A DNA stretch of 41,285 nt from Guillardia theta CCMP2712 (lineage: Eukaryota; Protista; Cryptophyta), in the NCBI RefSeq assembly GCF_000315625.1, contig NW_005434411.1, positions 1 through 41,285 of the forward strand. Direction: 5' to 3'. The notes under the pieces were generated by a model. The model was not told the DNA's origin and made no database searches. It saw nothing but the letters and a program-made list of their open reading frames with translations. Shown in pieces: positions 1-10,738 of the stretch. Within the stretch, counting starts at the first letter, position 1; every line of letters begins with the position of its first letter. Both the position numbers and the translations under genes were made by a program.

Positions 1-127
1 TGATGGAGATGATTATAATGATGGGGATGATGGAGATGATGATGATGACGACGATGGAGATGATGGAGATGGAGATGATGATGATGAAGAAGAAGTTGGT
101 GAACACACTGAGATGATCGTTAACACA

Positions 128-1131
128 GCAAAACTTCGACAAGTCAAGAATGCTGGAGTCTATGCAGCAACAGAATGTTGACAAGATGATACAACTGGAA
201 GTGAGAGATCACGGAGAGGAGGCTGCTCCTGCACCTGCCCTCCCTCCTTTCCTGCACCTGCCCTCCCTCCTTTCCTGCTGCTGCTGCTGCCGATATTGCT
301 GCTGCTGCTGCTGCTGCTGCTGATAATGATGATGATGATGATCGAGGAAGTGGAGGTTGGCGTTAATGATGGTGGTGATATGACAGGCTCTCGCAGCGGA
401 GAACGCTTCTTTGAACTCTGCATATCAAGGGATAGTGAGCAAGTACGACCTGATAGTGAAGGATCACGAGAAGCTGCTGCAAGACTTCGTCGCAACCAAG
501 AAATCTCTGACAAGGTTGTGGACGAGGAGGAGCAGGAGCAGGAGGAGCAGGTGCAGGTGCAGGTGCAGGTGCAGGTGCAGAAGCAGGTGCAGAAGCAGGA
601 GTAGGAGCAGGAGTAGGAGCAGGAGGAGCAGGGGAGAGTGGGGAAAAGTAGTGAATTCAGAAGCACTCGTGTTCACGCGCAGACCAACTAATGGCAGAGG
701 AGGTGTAGTGTCCTCCTGGAGGACAATCCTCCCCAGGATTCCTTGTGAAGTTGCCAGTGACGTTGAGGTCTGAGCCAGTGAGATCTCGATGCTGCTGGCC
801 TACAACGAGGAGATGAAGAAGAAGCTGGAGCCTTACAGGGATCACATGCGTGACATCCATCCCCAGCTGAGGTCAAACGTCCTCCTCCTCCACCACCTTC
901 TTCTCTTCTCCCACGTCCTTAGCTCTGTCCTCTCCTCTGCCCTGCTCTGCCCTGCTTTCCCATCTTGGCAGACTTGTCTTATGTTTCCTCGTCCTTCCAT
1001 TCAACTTGTCAAGCAGGTCAGGTCAAGGGCAGTCGATTTTCATCGCCAGCGAGGTGAAGCCTTCTGTGTTCTGCTCCTGCTCCTGTGTCTTCTCTCCTCC
1101 TCCTCCTCCTCCTCCTCCTCCTCCTCCTCCT

Positions 1132-1181
<50 letters not shown>

Positions 1182-1787
1182 CGATCATCTTTATCTTGTC
1201 TCAGGTTGCTACAAGGACCATCGACTACCCAACCATCGAGCAGGTATACGAGACCGCCTCCTCTCTTCTGCTTTTCCCTCTCACCTCCAACGCTCATCCC
1301 ACCACAGCTCCAGCAGCAGCTGTCCTCCAAGGTACATCTTGGTGACGGACCAGCAGCACCAGCTGCATCAGCAGCAGCGAGAACAGGAGCGTCGCTAGCG
1401 TCTGTTCCTGGGATTGTCTTCAATCCTTCCAGGAGCGGCCGCTTCTTCTCCATCCTCAGCCTCATCCCCGGCACCGTCGCCGCCGACTGCGGCATGATGC
1501 ATGCGGGCGACATCGTCTTCAAGGTCGACGGGGTCGAACAGGACGAAGTGGAGCTGGACACTCTGCTGCAGGCGCTGGAGGGAGCGGAAGGATCAGAGGA
1601 AAACAGCTGTTCCCCTGCTGCTGCTGCTGCTGACGCTGACGCAGGTCACGCTGGAGATGGGAAGGCGAACCAACGGAGAGGAAATGCGATATCGCATCAC
1701 ACTGTGAGGGACCCCTACCTCCTCCTTGTGCATCCGCTGCTGCTGCTGCTCCATGTGATTCGCTGTTGCAGGGCTCGTGGGACTTGA
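128..1787 (+). CDS. 3' part of a multi-exon coiled-coil protein with a C-terminal PDZ domain (5' end outside the window or unresolved)
   Basis: Exons with GT-AG borders encode helical segments (ENASLNSAYQGIVSKYDLIVKDHEKLLQDF; MLLAYNEEMKKKLEPYRDHMRD), then GIVFNPSRSGRFFSILSLIPGTVAADCGMMHAGDIVFKVDG...VTLEMGR...RITL|ARGT*, a typical PDZ pattern. TGA at 1785-1787 after splicing. Confidence 0.7.
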
Positions 1788-1976
1788 CGGCGATATGGGG
1801 GAGGGAAGTTGGAAGGAAGGGCATATACGATGACAAGAACTTAAAGGATTCGTTTGTGAGAAAACCAACGACATGCCTGCGAGACAGCAGATGGCGCATG
1901 AGGTAAGAATCGAGTCAGAGACTTAGGGATTGGGGGGGAGGGAGGGAGAGGAACGACATTTAGATCCGGCAAATCC

Positions 1977-4425
1977 CTAGAAACCTCCGCTCCTCAATGC
2001 CTGCATGCTCATATGAGCTCGTTCAAGTCACTTGGACCGTCTTACCTGCTCCATCGCGTGCCAGTTTGGAGCCGAGACCGGCCGATGCTTCTTGACTGCA
2101 TGAGAGATCAGCAGACCTGTCATTGTGGTTTCCTTGCCCATCCCCTTGCCGGTCTCATCCCCTCCTCCTTCCCTTCCTCCTTCTCTTGAACTTCCTCTTC
2201 CTCTCCTTCCTCCTCCTTCCGTTCCTCCTTACCGTGAGCGAGAGCGTCTTGGAGGCTGAAGCCGTGCCTGCACACGAGGTAGACGCAGGCGACAGCAGGC
2301 GCTCTGTCACTCGCGTCACTCGCAACCTTATCGCGTCCAAGTCCTCGTCGCATCTCACCTGCCCATCCCAGCAGTGCAGTGAATGTAGACCTTGGGCTGC
2401 TTCCCCTCGCTCTGCTCGCCACGTCAACACGCGGTGCATGGAGTCGTCAGACCTCACCTTGGCACGGTGGACAAGTTGGTCGACAGCTTTCGCTCCTTCC
2501 TTGACGAGTCTTGCGAGCTCCTCTCCGTTGAAATCCTCGATGGGAACACGGATAGCATGAATCCCTGCCTCGTGGTAGTACTTCTCCATGCTGTTCCAGT
2601 TCACCATCCTCCTCTGGTGGTCACCGTCCGTCTGGACATTCAGCACCCCCGTCACTCCTGCCTCCACCATCGTCTGCACATCTCCTTTGCTCTGCGGATA
2701 GGGGCCGATCGCCAGGCAGGGAGGAACATCATCAAAGGACAGATGCGGCGGAACGAAGTTGCCGTCGTAGACTTGCCACTCTCGCTGTCGGAATCCTTGA
2801 TTCTTGCCTGTCACCTGCTGCCCCAGCCCGAGCGTGGCGTACTTGACTCTGCGATCAAGGTCAGAAGATCGTCAGAGTGACGGAGCTTGTCAGGCGAGTG
2901 GAAGCAGAGGGAGGATGACTCACCCAAGGGCGCTCTGAGCCCCAGGAACGCGGTGCAGAGCTCGGTTAGGCTCGCGCTCGAACACCGCCGTCCCCTTCTT
3001 CCCATCGATGATGCAGTAGCGATACTGCACGTTGACCGAGTCCTGTGCTGGGGCTGGAAACGTCATCTCCCAGCAGCGGCCCTTCACTCCTGTCAGCAGC
3101 GTCCGCTCATTGCCAAGTCCCATCTTCCTGGGAGCTCCCAGCCAACCACCGAGAGCCTGCATGGATCCAGAGCATGCTAGGACCGAAGAAGGGTCTTGCA
3201 GGGGATGATAGATCAGGAAGCGCAGGAGCAGACCTTCCCAGATGCTTTCTAGGTCTACCACTCTGGTCAGCCCAAGGGATCCTGTTTTCGGATCAAACTC
3301 TCTCTGCGGTTCCACCAGGTGCGCGTCGCTCTTTCGGTTCGGACCAGATTCGTACTGCCCTGAAGGATATTCGAAGAACTTGTACTCGAACTCTCCGACC
3401 ACATCGCTCGGGATTGCAACGATGGCCTCGAAGGTGTTTCCCTTGCTCCGAATCAGCTCCACTGCCTTGGTCTTGTCCCACTTGCCCAGCGCGGGGATGG
3501 ATCCAACTACAAAGATCTTCTCCGCTTTCTCTCGTGCTACCTTGAATCGAACAAGCTGCACGGTGTCGTCTTCCACCAGAAACCCTTCCTCCAGCTTAGC
3601 ATCTTCAATGATCGAGGAAAGCTCAAAGAAGTAGTCGGTGGTGTATCTGATTTCAGAAGCCTTGTGATCGCCTTGCGAGTGATCGTCCTTCTTAATGAGA
3701 TATCGGTACCTGGCGCCATCAGGAATGTTCGGCACTGTCACACTCCACAAGTCTGAACCCATGTGTTTCATCCTGATGGCTTTGTTGGGGTTGCCGTCTC
3801 CCAGAGCCTCTACGTTGCCAACGATATAAAGAGCGTCTCCAAACTCCACCCGAGTCAATCGCTTGAACTGCACGTTCCACATCTTCAGCCTCTCCAGTCT
3901 GCTCTCAAAGCTGTCCAGTGCTGCAAGGATTTCTTCACTGGCTCGTCTGAGAAGCTTTGATGCTGCTGTAGTCCGCATCCTCGAACCAGTCGATCGCTGA
4001 GGAGGAGGTGAAGGCTTCTTCAGTACAGGTTGCAGTACCAGGTCGGCGGCCCCCGTGACCTGCTGCATGAAACTCTGAAGCTGGCTGTCGATGTTAGCCT
4101 TGGGAAGCTCCTCTTGTCCGCCTCCTCGAACTTGCATACACAACCGCGTTTTGCCTGATTCATCATGCATCCTCGAAGGTGGAAGACCCAGGCTGTTGCT
4201 AGGAACCCGGCCAACTGTGGATCTTCTGATATGATTGTCATTGTGCTTACACGTGAGTCTTTCAACAGTATTATGAATGCAGCGAATCGTGTTTGACCCA
4301 GAAACGTCAGCTCGGACATCTTGACAACCCATTGCTGAGCTCACAAGAGCCAGTACGACGAAGAGGATCCCGAGGTCGTGTCTCAGCTTCTCGACACAAA
4401 ACCTCGCCCCGTTGAAACGATTCAT
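1977..4425 (-). CDS. Glucan (starch) phosphatase: presequence + three CBM20-like modules + dual-specificity phosphatase domain (laforin-like architecture)
   Basis: Exon 1 (4425-~2924) has three CBM20-like units (LYIVGNVEALG...YRY; IFVVGSIPALGKWD...FEYKF...YESGPNR; GSMQALGGW...YRYC...FEREPNR). Later exons give LAIGPYPQ, GVTGVLNVQT, IRVPIEDF and, across intron 2304-2358, KVYIHCTAGMG|RAPAVACVYL (CX5R P-loop). It ends VKKHRPVSAPNWHAMEQ|ALRSGGF* (TAG 1977-1979). Confidence 0.92.
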
Positions 4426-5492
4426 ATTATTACAACAATCCGAGCCCAGCTATTACCAGGAATCTTCAATTTATGCAAGCTCCTGATTGTTACAAAATTC
4501 AACCTGTCGTTCAAAAGTCGCCGCAAAGGTGTTCCAGCAAATTCATTCAGACAGCTGTTCTTGCCCCGGCCCTCACCATGCACGCTGCAGGTGCACAGAG
4601 ATGTTGCCTGTCAAGCCGATCCACTTCTGAACTGTTGTGCTGACATCAATACAGACTTGCGTGCTGATGCAGAACTCGACAGAACTCCATCACGGCTGAG
4701 CTGGCTATTTACACCTCCCAACGATGTCAGTGTCTACGATTACGATTTGAACAAGACAGCAACAGCGCAGAAGGGGAATGGTCCCTAACCTCTCTATCTG
4801 TCATTCTCTGATACACAGACAACACCCACAAACTGAAGCTCCTGCTACGCACCCCTCACCCGCGCATCTTCCTTACACCTCCTTGAATTCACAATGCCGG
4901 GAACTAAACGGTGAAGCATCTCCTCTTGAAAAGGCAGGTCAGCCCTCCACTCCTCTCATCATGTGCTGTCTTCCTCTGCGCTACTCCCCTTGCAACATTC
5001 TCGCTTGTCTCTTCCCGCTCCCTTCCCCCATTGCGCCTGCGTCCGCCGCGGGGTCGCATCAACGGGCAGATCATGAACATATCATGAAAGGAGTGGTGGC
5101 GAAAGAGGCAAAGCTGGGGGGTGGGGTTCGTACTCACAAGGGTGGTGGCGACGTGAATTTCGAATGTACCCGTCTCTTTTACCAGCATGAAGGGGGTACA
5201 TACACACTTCAGGGCAGGGGAACGGAATCCCGGCCTCGCATACAAAAAGAAGTACCGGTGGTGTTGGTCTAAGGATCTCTCATGCAATGGGGGGTGGGGG
5301 TATGGTGCTTACATTGTGAGCAGGGGTCCTATAGTAGGATATCGGGTAGTATCCATGGGGGTAGGGTACACATAGGATTGCCAAACGTCCATCTTCCTCT
5401 ATATGTGGGGTGGGAGGCCGGGGGGAGGTCAGGGGTGGCCCTGCAGCTAGCTGGATGGCACGGTAGCACACGAATGTCTCCTATACATGGCC

Positions 5493-5497
5493 AAAAA
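5493..5497 (-). terminator. Probable Pol III oligo-T terminator of the tRNA-Met
   Basis: First T5 run on the minus strand, ~25 nt downstream of the tRNA 3' end. Confidence 0.55.
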
Positions 5498-5522
5498 GGT
5501 AGCTCCCAACGTTTTTGCTCAT

Positions 5523-5596
5523 TGCCGCGGATGGGGATCGAACCCATGACCTTTGGATTATGAGACCAACGCGACTACCAACTGCGCCACCACGGC
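5523..5596 (-). tRNA. tRNA-Met (anticodon CAT), elongator type, intronless
   Basis: Reverse complement GCCGTGG TG GCGCAGTTGGTAGTCGCG TTGGT CTCATAA TCCAA AGGTC ATGGG TTCGATC CCCAT CCGCGGC A folds as a cloverleaf. G1:C72, the TTCG T-loop and the T31/T39 mismatch fit a eukaryotic elongator Met tRNA. Confidence 0.97.
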
Positions 5597-6765
5597 TTGG
5601 GAGATGCTGCTCTGGTGCCAACAAGGATTTATATACTAGGTATTCAACTGGATGGAAAAGGGTGGGTTGATACCCACCTCTTCTAATACCAGGTCCTGTG
5701 ATAGGGTAGACGGGGTAGGGTACCCAAAGGGTCGAAATCACCCGAGCACGTGGGGTGGGTTGTCGACACTTGCTCCAAAGAAATTGAAAAGACTTCTTTT
5801 CAAATTGTCCGTCACAGACAGACATTGAGCTGACCTCTTGGCTGGATATCAGGATGATACCACCCCAATTACAGACCTCGGTGCAGGGGTGCAGCATGAT
5901 TGAACAAGTCCTGGTTCCGGACCTCGATGACATTGCTATTCCAATGAAATATGGCGTGCAATACCTGCCTAAAAGCGACCTAAGATCGGAAAGATTTTCT
6001 CAAAAGATCCTCAAAACTCGAGCAGATCACGCCATTATCAAAACAATTATTTTTTATGCTGACAATTGAATCTATAATCGACATATAATAACGAGCATAT
6101 ATTGAGGCCATGAGTACCAAGTGAATTTTAAAAATAGCATCATATCATCTTCATTTGTAAATATCTAAGCCGTGCATGTCATCAATGAACACGTGTGGTA
6201 GTAAAGATTTTGTAAAGACTATCTGCAGATCGAAGTTTTACCACAGGGAAGGCGCATAGAGAGGAACAGCAACAACTCTGTAGGGCATCGACGAGCCGTC
6301 GGATCAGAATACAAGCACAAGAACAGGAGCAAGAAACAATCAGCGTAGCAGGAGAACAAGAGTGATCGAGACTGACTGAGCTCCTAAGGCCTCCATCTGC
6401 TCGGTTTCTGGGGGGGAGACGGCTGGCTCCGTCCCGAGATGCGCTCGTGCTCCCGCGCACAGCAGAGTCTCATAGTTGATTTATCAAGTCAACGAACGTT
6501 CGAGAAGTCCAATGCAAAGGAGAAGCATTCAACTGTGAAAGTTCTTGAGCTTGAAGTTGAAGAGGCCGAGCGTCATTCACCTTCTCCTCATGATTTTGGT
6601 CGCAATGATTGTGATGCCAAGACTGAGGCGGCTGAGTACCCTAACTGCAACTCCCAGCTTCTCAAGATTCTCTTGAATATTTGGTAGAAGGCGGGGGTGT
6701 CGGACTGAACATTATTGATAGATGTAAAATATCTTGTTCTCATGGAGAATCTTTTGTTTTATTAT

Positions 6766-9081
6766 TTAAATTGTTTTCGGCATATCTGGCTGCAGTCTTG
6801 TTGTCTGCCGTTTGTCCACAATGCTCATGTATCCCTGCTTCAGATCCAAAGTGATGGTAGTCCCCTGCCAAGTCTCGTTGAGCCACATGGCATCGAAGAG
6901 GAAGGGTCACCTCGATGAAGGACAGCCCGAGCACGAGCAGCCGGGCTGTTCCAACAGCTTCAGTGGGGTCATCGGGCAAGGAGAGCTCTCACATCGAAAC
7001 TTGGGCCATGGGATGTCGACGGGTGTGGTGATGGGGTTGCGAGCCTGGTAGTGATGGGTGAGGGACACGCGAGAGATACTGACACGCTTGTACCTCGATC
7101 TCCACTCCTCCCTCCGTGCCCTCCAGGCTCACTGAGACTTTCTTCCACAGGCGAGCCTTGCTGTCGCGCAGCGATCAAACGCATGCCTCGCCTCTCCCAT
7201 GTATACCTGCTGATCTTCTTGCTTGCATACAGGAACAATATCTCCTCGTAGAGCTGAAACTCCACTGAGCTCGTGCTGCCGCCAACTTCTCCCGCTCACC
7301 TCCCTCGACATTGTCAGCCCTGTTGTTCCGCTACGGGCATTTCAGAAGCTTGAGAGGATACACTTGTTCTCTCACGTGTCAACTATCGTGTATACAGGGT
7401 CATCGCCTGTGATGCGTCAGGGACAGTATGATCAGCACACAGCCATCGACCAAAGTCAAGTTTGTATCCGTTGACAGTCATCGAGTTTGCCAGGCCTGCC
7501 AGGCTCGTTCATGACAGAGAACCGTAGAGCAAGTCTCTTCACAAGCGTAATGCTGCACAGGATCTCCGAACACACGCAGATCTTGCAGTTGAATGAGAGA
7601 ATGGCTGCTGCAACCTTGTCATCCCCCTTCACCCCACAGTCACTTCACGTTGCCCATTACCCACGCGCAATGAGTGGCCTCGTCGAGAGGACCAGACTCT
7701 TGGAGGTAGAGAGATCGATCTGCCTGTAGCGCTTGTCATCCCTCCCTCCCTCCCTGCCTCCCTGCCTCCCTCCCTCCCTGCCTCCCTGCCTCCCTGCCTC
7801 CCTGCCTCCCTGCCTCCCTGCCTCCCTGCCTCCCTCCCTCCCTCCCTCCCTCCCCTTGTCTACATGGAAGTGAAGTCAGTTTGTCCCAGGAACGTGGGCC
7901 GGATATCGTCCTCCCGCTCCTGCCCTCAACCGTCAGCTCACGGGAGGGACATGAAATTCACCTTGATGAGCCCCAAGAAAACTCCCCCGGGCCGGGCGAC
8001 CAGCACGTCGCTCAGCACGCCGAAGACCAGCGGGATCCCGCCCCGGACACCTCGGACAGCTCCTGCGATTTGAGGGAGGGCAGGTTGAGAGAGGAGGGAG
8101 AGGAGGGGAACGGGGGAGGTACAGGAAGGGGACAAGAATAATCTGACAAAGCAACTGCTGCTCACCAGCAAACGCTGCTCCTGGACCTGTCGCATTGAGG
8201 AAGGATATTCTTGCCTGCAAAAGAAAGTCAGAAAGGGAACAAACAAGTTCGGAAGGAGAAGAGAAATAAACAAGATCGAGGGAACGGGGGAGGGTAATCA
8301 GTAGGGGGAAGGGAGGTGGGAGGGCGGGATGGTCGAGAAGGAGAAGGACAAATCGGCAGAAACTTTCCGTCTTCCAGACGACCTCTCCTTCCTTGGCTGC
8401 ATAGACCTTGATGACAGATTGGCTCAAGAATGAAGCAGTGTAGACCATGCACACCTCGTAGGTCGGCGCCAACCCGCTGTCGCTCCCCTGACCCTTATAG
8501 CATCCCCAGCGCTGCTGGCGAGTCAGCGAGGCAAGGCCTCATGCTCATGTTGCTACCTGCGTGCATGAACCGGCAACAGTGAAGAATGGAGATCCTGTAT
8601 CGACCTGACACCGGCACGTCACAGGCAGCGCAAGACAATCGCTGCTCAGGCACCACAGCACGGAAGGGGCCTGCATCGTTGATGTTGAAGAAGATGCAGT
8701 AGCTGTCATCGCAAACCTGCAGGGGGATGCGAACAAGACTGAGATGATCAACATTTAGCACGGGAGAGCGTCACTCGAGCTTCGTACCTCCCGTCCTGTC
8801 CCCAGGGATCAGCCTGGCAATCTGCTAGGACATAAGTTTAATGGAGAGCAGGAAGCGTCAGTGTTACCTTGTTTGGTTGTCCAGTAAGATAGGAGGATGA
8901 GGAGGAAGCGAGACAGCAGCGTCCTCCTTCGCCATGCTCCTCTGACGTCTTCCAGCGATCCGGCAGGACTAAGACGCGAGACTGGCGTCTCAGCTCGCAG
9001 AATCCCTCGCACCCCTGCTCGACCGACAGATGCTCTGCTCCAGCTAGCCCGCGAGAAGCATGGAGCTGGAGCGAACAGCAT
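6766..9081 (-). CDS. Pepsin-like (A1) aspartic protease, many short exons; start uncertain (9081 or ~9205)
   Basis: Manual splicing gives LVRIPLQVCDDSYCIFFNINDAGPFRAV|VDTGSPFFTVAG (first catalytic Asp, ~8591-8604), DPVYTIVDT|GTTGLTMSRE (second Asp, split by intron 7331-7375) and the C-terminal LLVLGLSFIE|GTTITLDLKQGYMSI. TAA at 6766-6768. Confidence 0.85.
7738..7856 (+). repeat. Intronic (CCTC/CCTG)n microsatellite
   Basis: Directly visible; lies in an intron of the aspartic protease gene. Confidence 0.9.
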
Positions 9082-9308
9082 GGGTCCTCGCAGGGAAGGA
9101 CGCTGAGGTTCGAAGAGGAGGAGAGGAGCGAGGAGGACAAGCAGGAGCAGGAGCAGGAGCAGGATCGGGGGGCGAAATGGTTGGGATATTCCAAGCCAGC
9201 CTCATGGTATCCTATAGACTTAAAATAAAGGCAGTAACTTTGATATAGTCCAAGTGTGGTAGAGAAGGCGCAGATCGTTTGTACCTTCTCGCCGGGACAT
9301 CTAACGCG

Positions 9309-10653
9309 ATGCTAAGACGGATCATGACGGTGATGGCGACCATGACGATGGTGAGAGGAGCGACAGCTTTCACCAGCTCCGCTCCCACCACAGCCTCCCG
9401 CATGTTCTCCTCCTCCTGCCCGAGGATGGCCTCCTCGGCCTCGCAAGCTTCGTCCTCCTCGGCCAAGAAGGGTAAGATCCTGGTGCTGGGGGGGACAGGC
9501 TTCGTAGGCTCCAACGTAGCTCAGCTCGCGATCGAGAGAGGATACGAAGTGAGAAATTCTGAGGGTCGGACGTCTTGCTGACCTCGATGCGCCATGGCAG
9601 GTCGTTGCCCTGAGCAGGAGAGGGGAACCCACGGGAGCAAGCAGGTCTGGCGCAGCCAGCAAGATCGCATGGAGGAAGGGAGACGCGACGAAGAAGGCCG
9701 ACGTGTGCATCTTGATGCTGTTGCGAGTACCATGACCTGTTGCATGCAGATAGAGAAGGTGATGGAGGAAGGAGGCTTCACCGCTGTGGTGCATGCGATC
9801 GGGATGCTCTTCGAAACCGAGCTCAACAAATACGTGAGAAAGGAGGAGAGGAGGGGAGGTCAGTCAAGTTAGGGTCGAGCATGGCAGGCGTCGGGATCAG
9901 GATCTGTTCCTCGAGCTGGGTCGACGTACGATGAGATCACGAGGCAGGTGAGGGAGTTTGCTCGAGCTCTTGTTCTGTCCTGTGAAGGGGAAGCCTAGAC
10001 AGCCTTCAATGCCATGGAGGCCGCCGCTTCCTCTTCCTCGGCGTCCTCGGACCCGATTCCTTTCGCGTTTGTCTCAGCAGCAGAGGTGAGATGGACGTTC
10101 GACAAGTCGTTCGAAGGAACGCCGGTAAGAGGAAGCGAGTCTGCGACCAACATGACGCGCGGCAGCTTGACTGGCTGCGACGATACCTCATAGCCAAGCG
10201 AGCTGTGGAGTCCGAACTCATCGATGTCTATGGGGCAGGAGGATTGTGAGACACTCTGCTCCTCCTCCTCCTCCTCCTCCTCCTCCTCCTGCTTTCTCGC
10301 TTCTGTCTTCTTCCTCTCTCATTCTGGGCTAGGCTGAAACCGATCATCGTCCGTCCAAGCCTCATCTGGACTTGGGACAGGCCGGGGTGAAACTCATGAG
10401 CCTGCTCTTCCTGTGGTGACGTCTGCCGGTCAGAGCGCTCCTGCCTGTCGCTGCCTTCACCTTCGGGAATAGGCTGGGCCTTCCTTTCGTCGACAAACCT
10501 GTATCGCCTCCTCCTCTCTTCCTCCTCTCTTACGCTTCCTCCCAGGTTCAAGTGTCCACGCTGTCCAAGGCCATCTTGAAGGGCCTGGAGAGCAAGAGCG
10601 AGAAAGGAGTGTACAACTTCGAGGGGATGGAGCGACTAGCCAAGGAGTTCTAG
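9309..10653 (+). CDS. NAD(P)-binding Rossmann-fold atypical SDR/epimerase-family protein (COQ11/At5g10730-like) with a bipartite plastid-targeting presequence
   Basis: KILVLGGTGFVGSNVAQLA, AVVHAIG, FAFVSAA, RYLIAKRAVE (YxxxK) and IIVRPSLIW in successive GT-AG exons. N-terminus ...MVRGATA-FTSSAPTTASRM has the AxA-F cleavage motif plus a Ser/Thr-rich transit peptide. TAG at 10651-10653. Confidence 0.85.
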
Positions 10654-10738
10654 ATGCAAATCAAGGCACATCGGCTGTGGTCGCGTTGGACATGCAAGTG
10701 AAGGTCGACATCTTAATTTTCCTTTACCAAAATTCCCT

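Noticed and set aside
160-1561. Long ORFs with poly-L/S/P/E or CSCS/QVQV runs
   Set aside because: Translations of intronic microsatellites and antisense frames of the PDZ gene.
4378-5500. Several 60-160 aa ORFs around the tRNA
   Set aside because: Low-complexity C-run/G-run intergenic DNA with no motif or convincing exon chain.
5523-5596. Initiator tRNA-Met
   Set aside because: Lacks A1:U72, the three G:C anticodon-stem pairs and the eukaryotic initiator T-loop.
5854-6710. Possible small gene or relic between the tRNA and the protease (e.g. minus-strand PNIQENLEKLGVAVR...ELSQLNASPLHW)
   Set aside because: Could not build a consistent start-to-stop model or recognise a domain; left uncalled.
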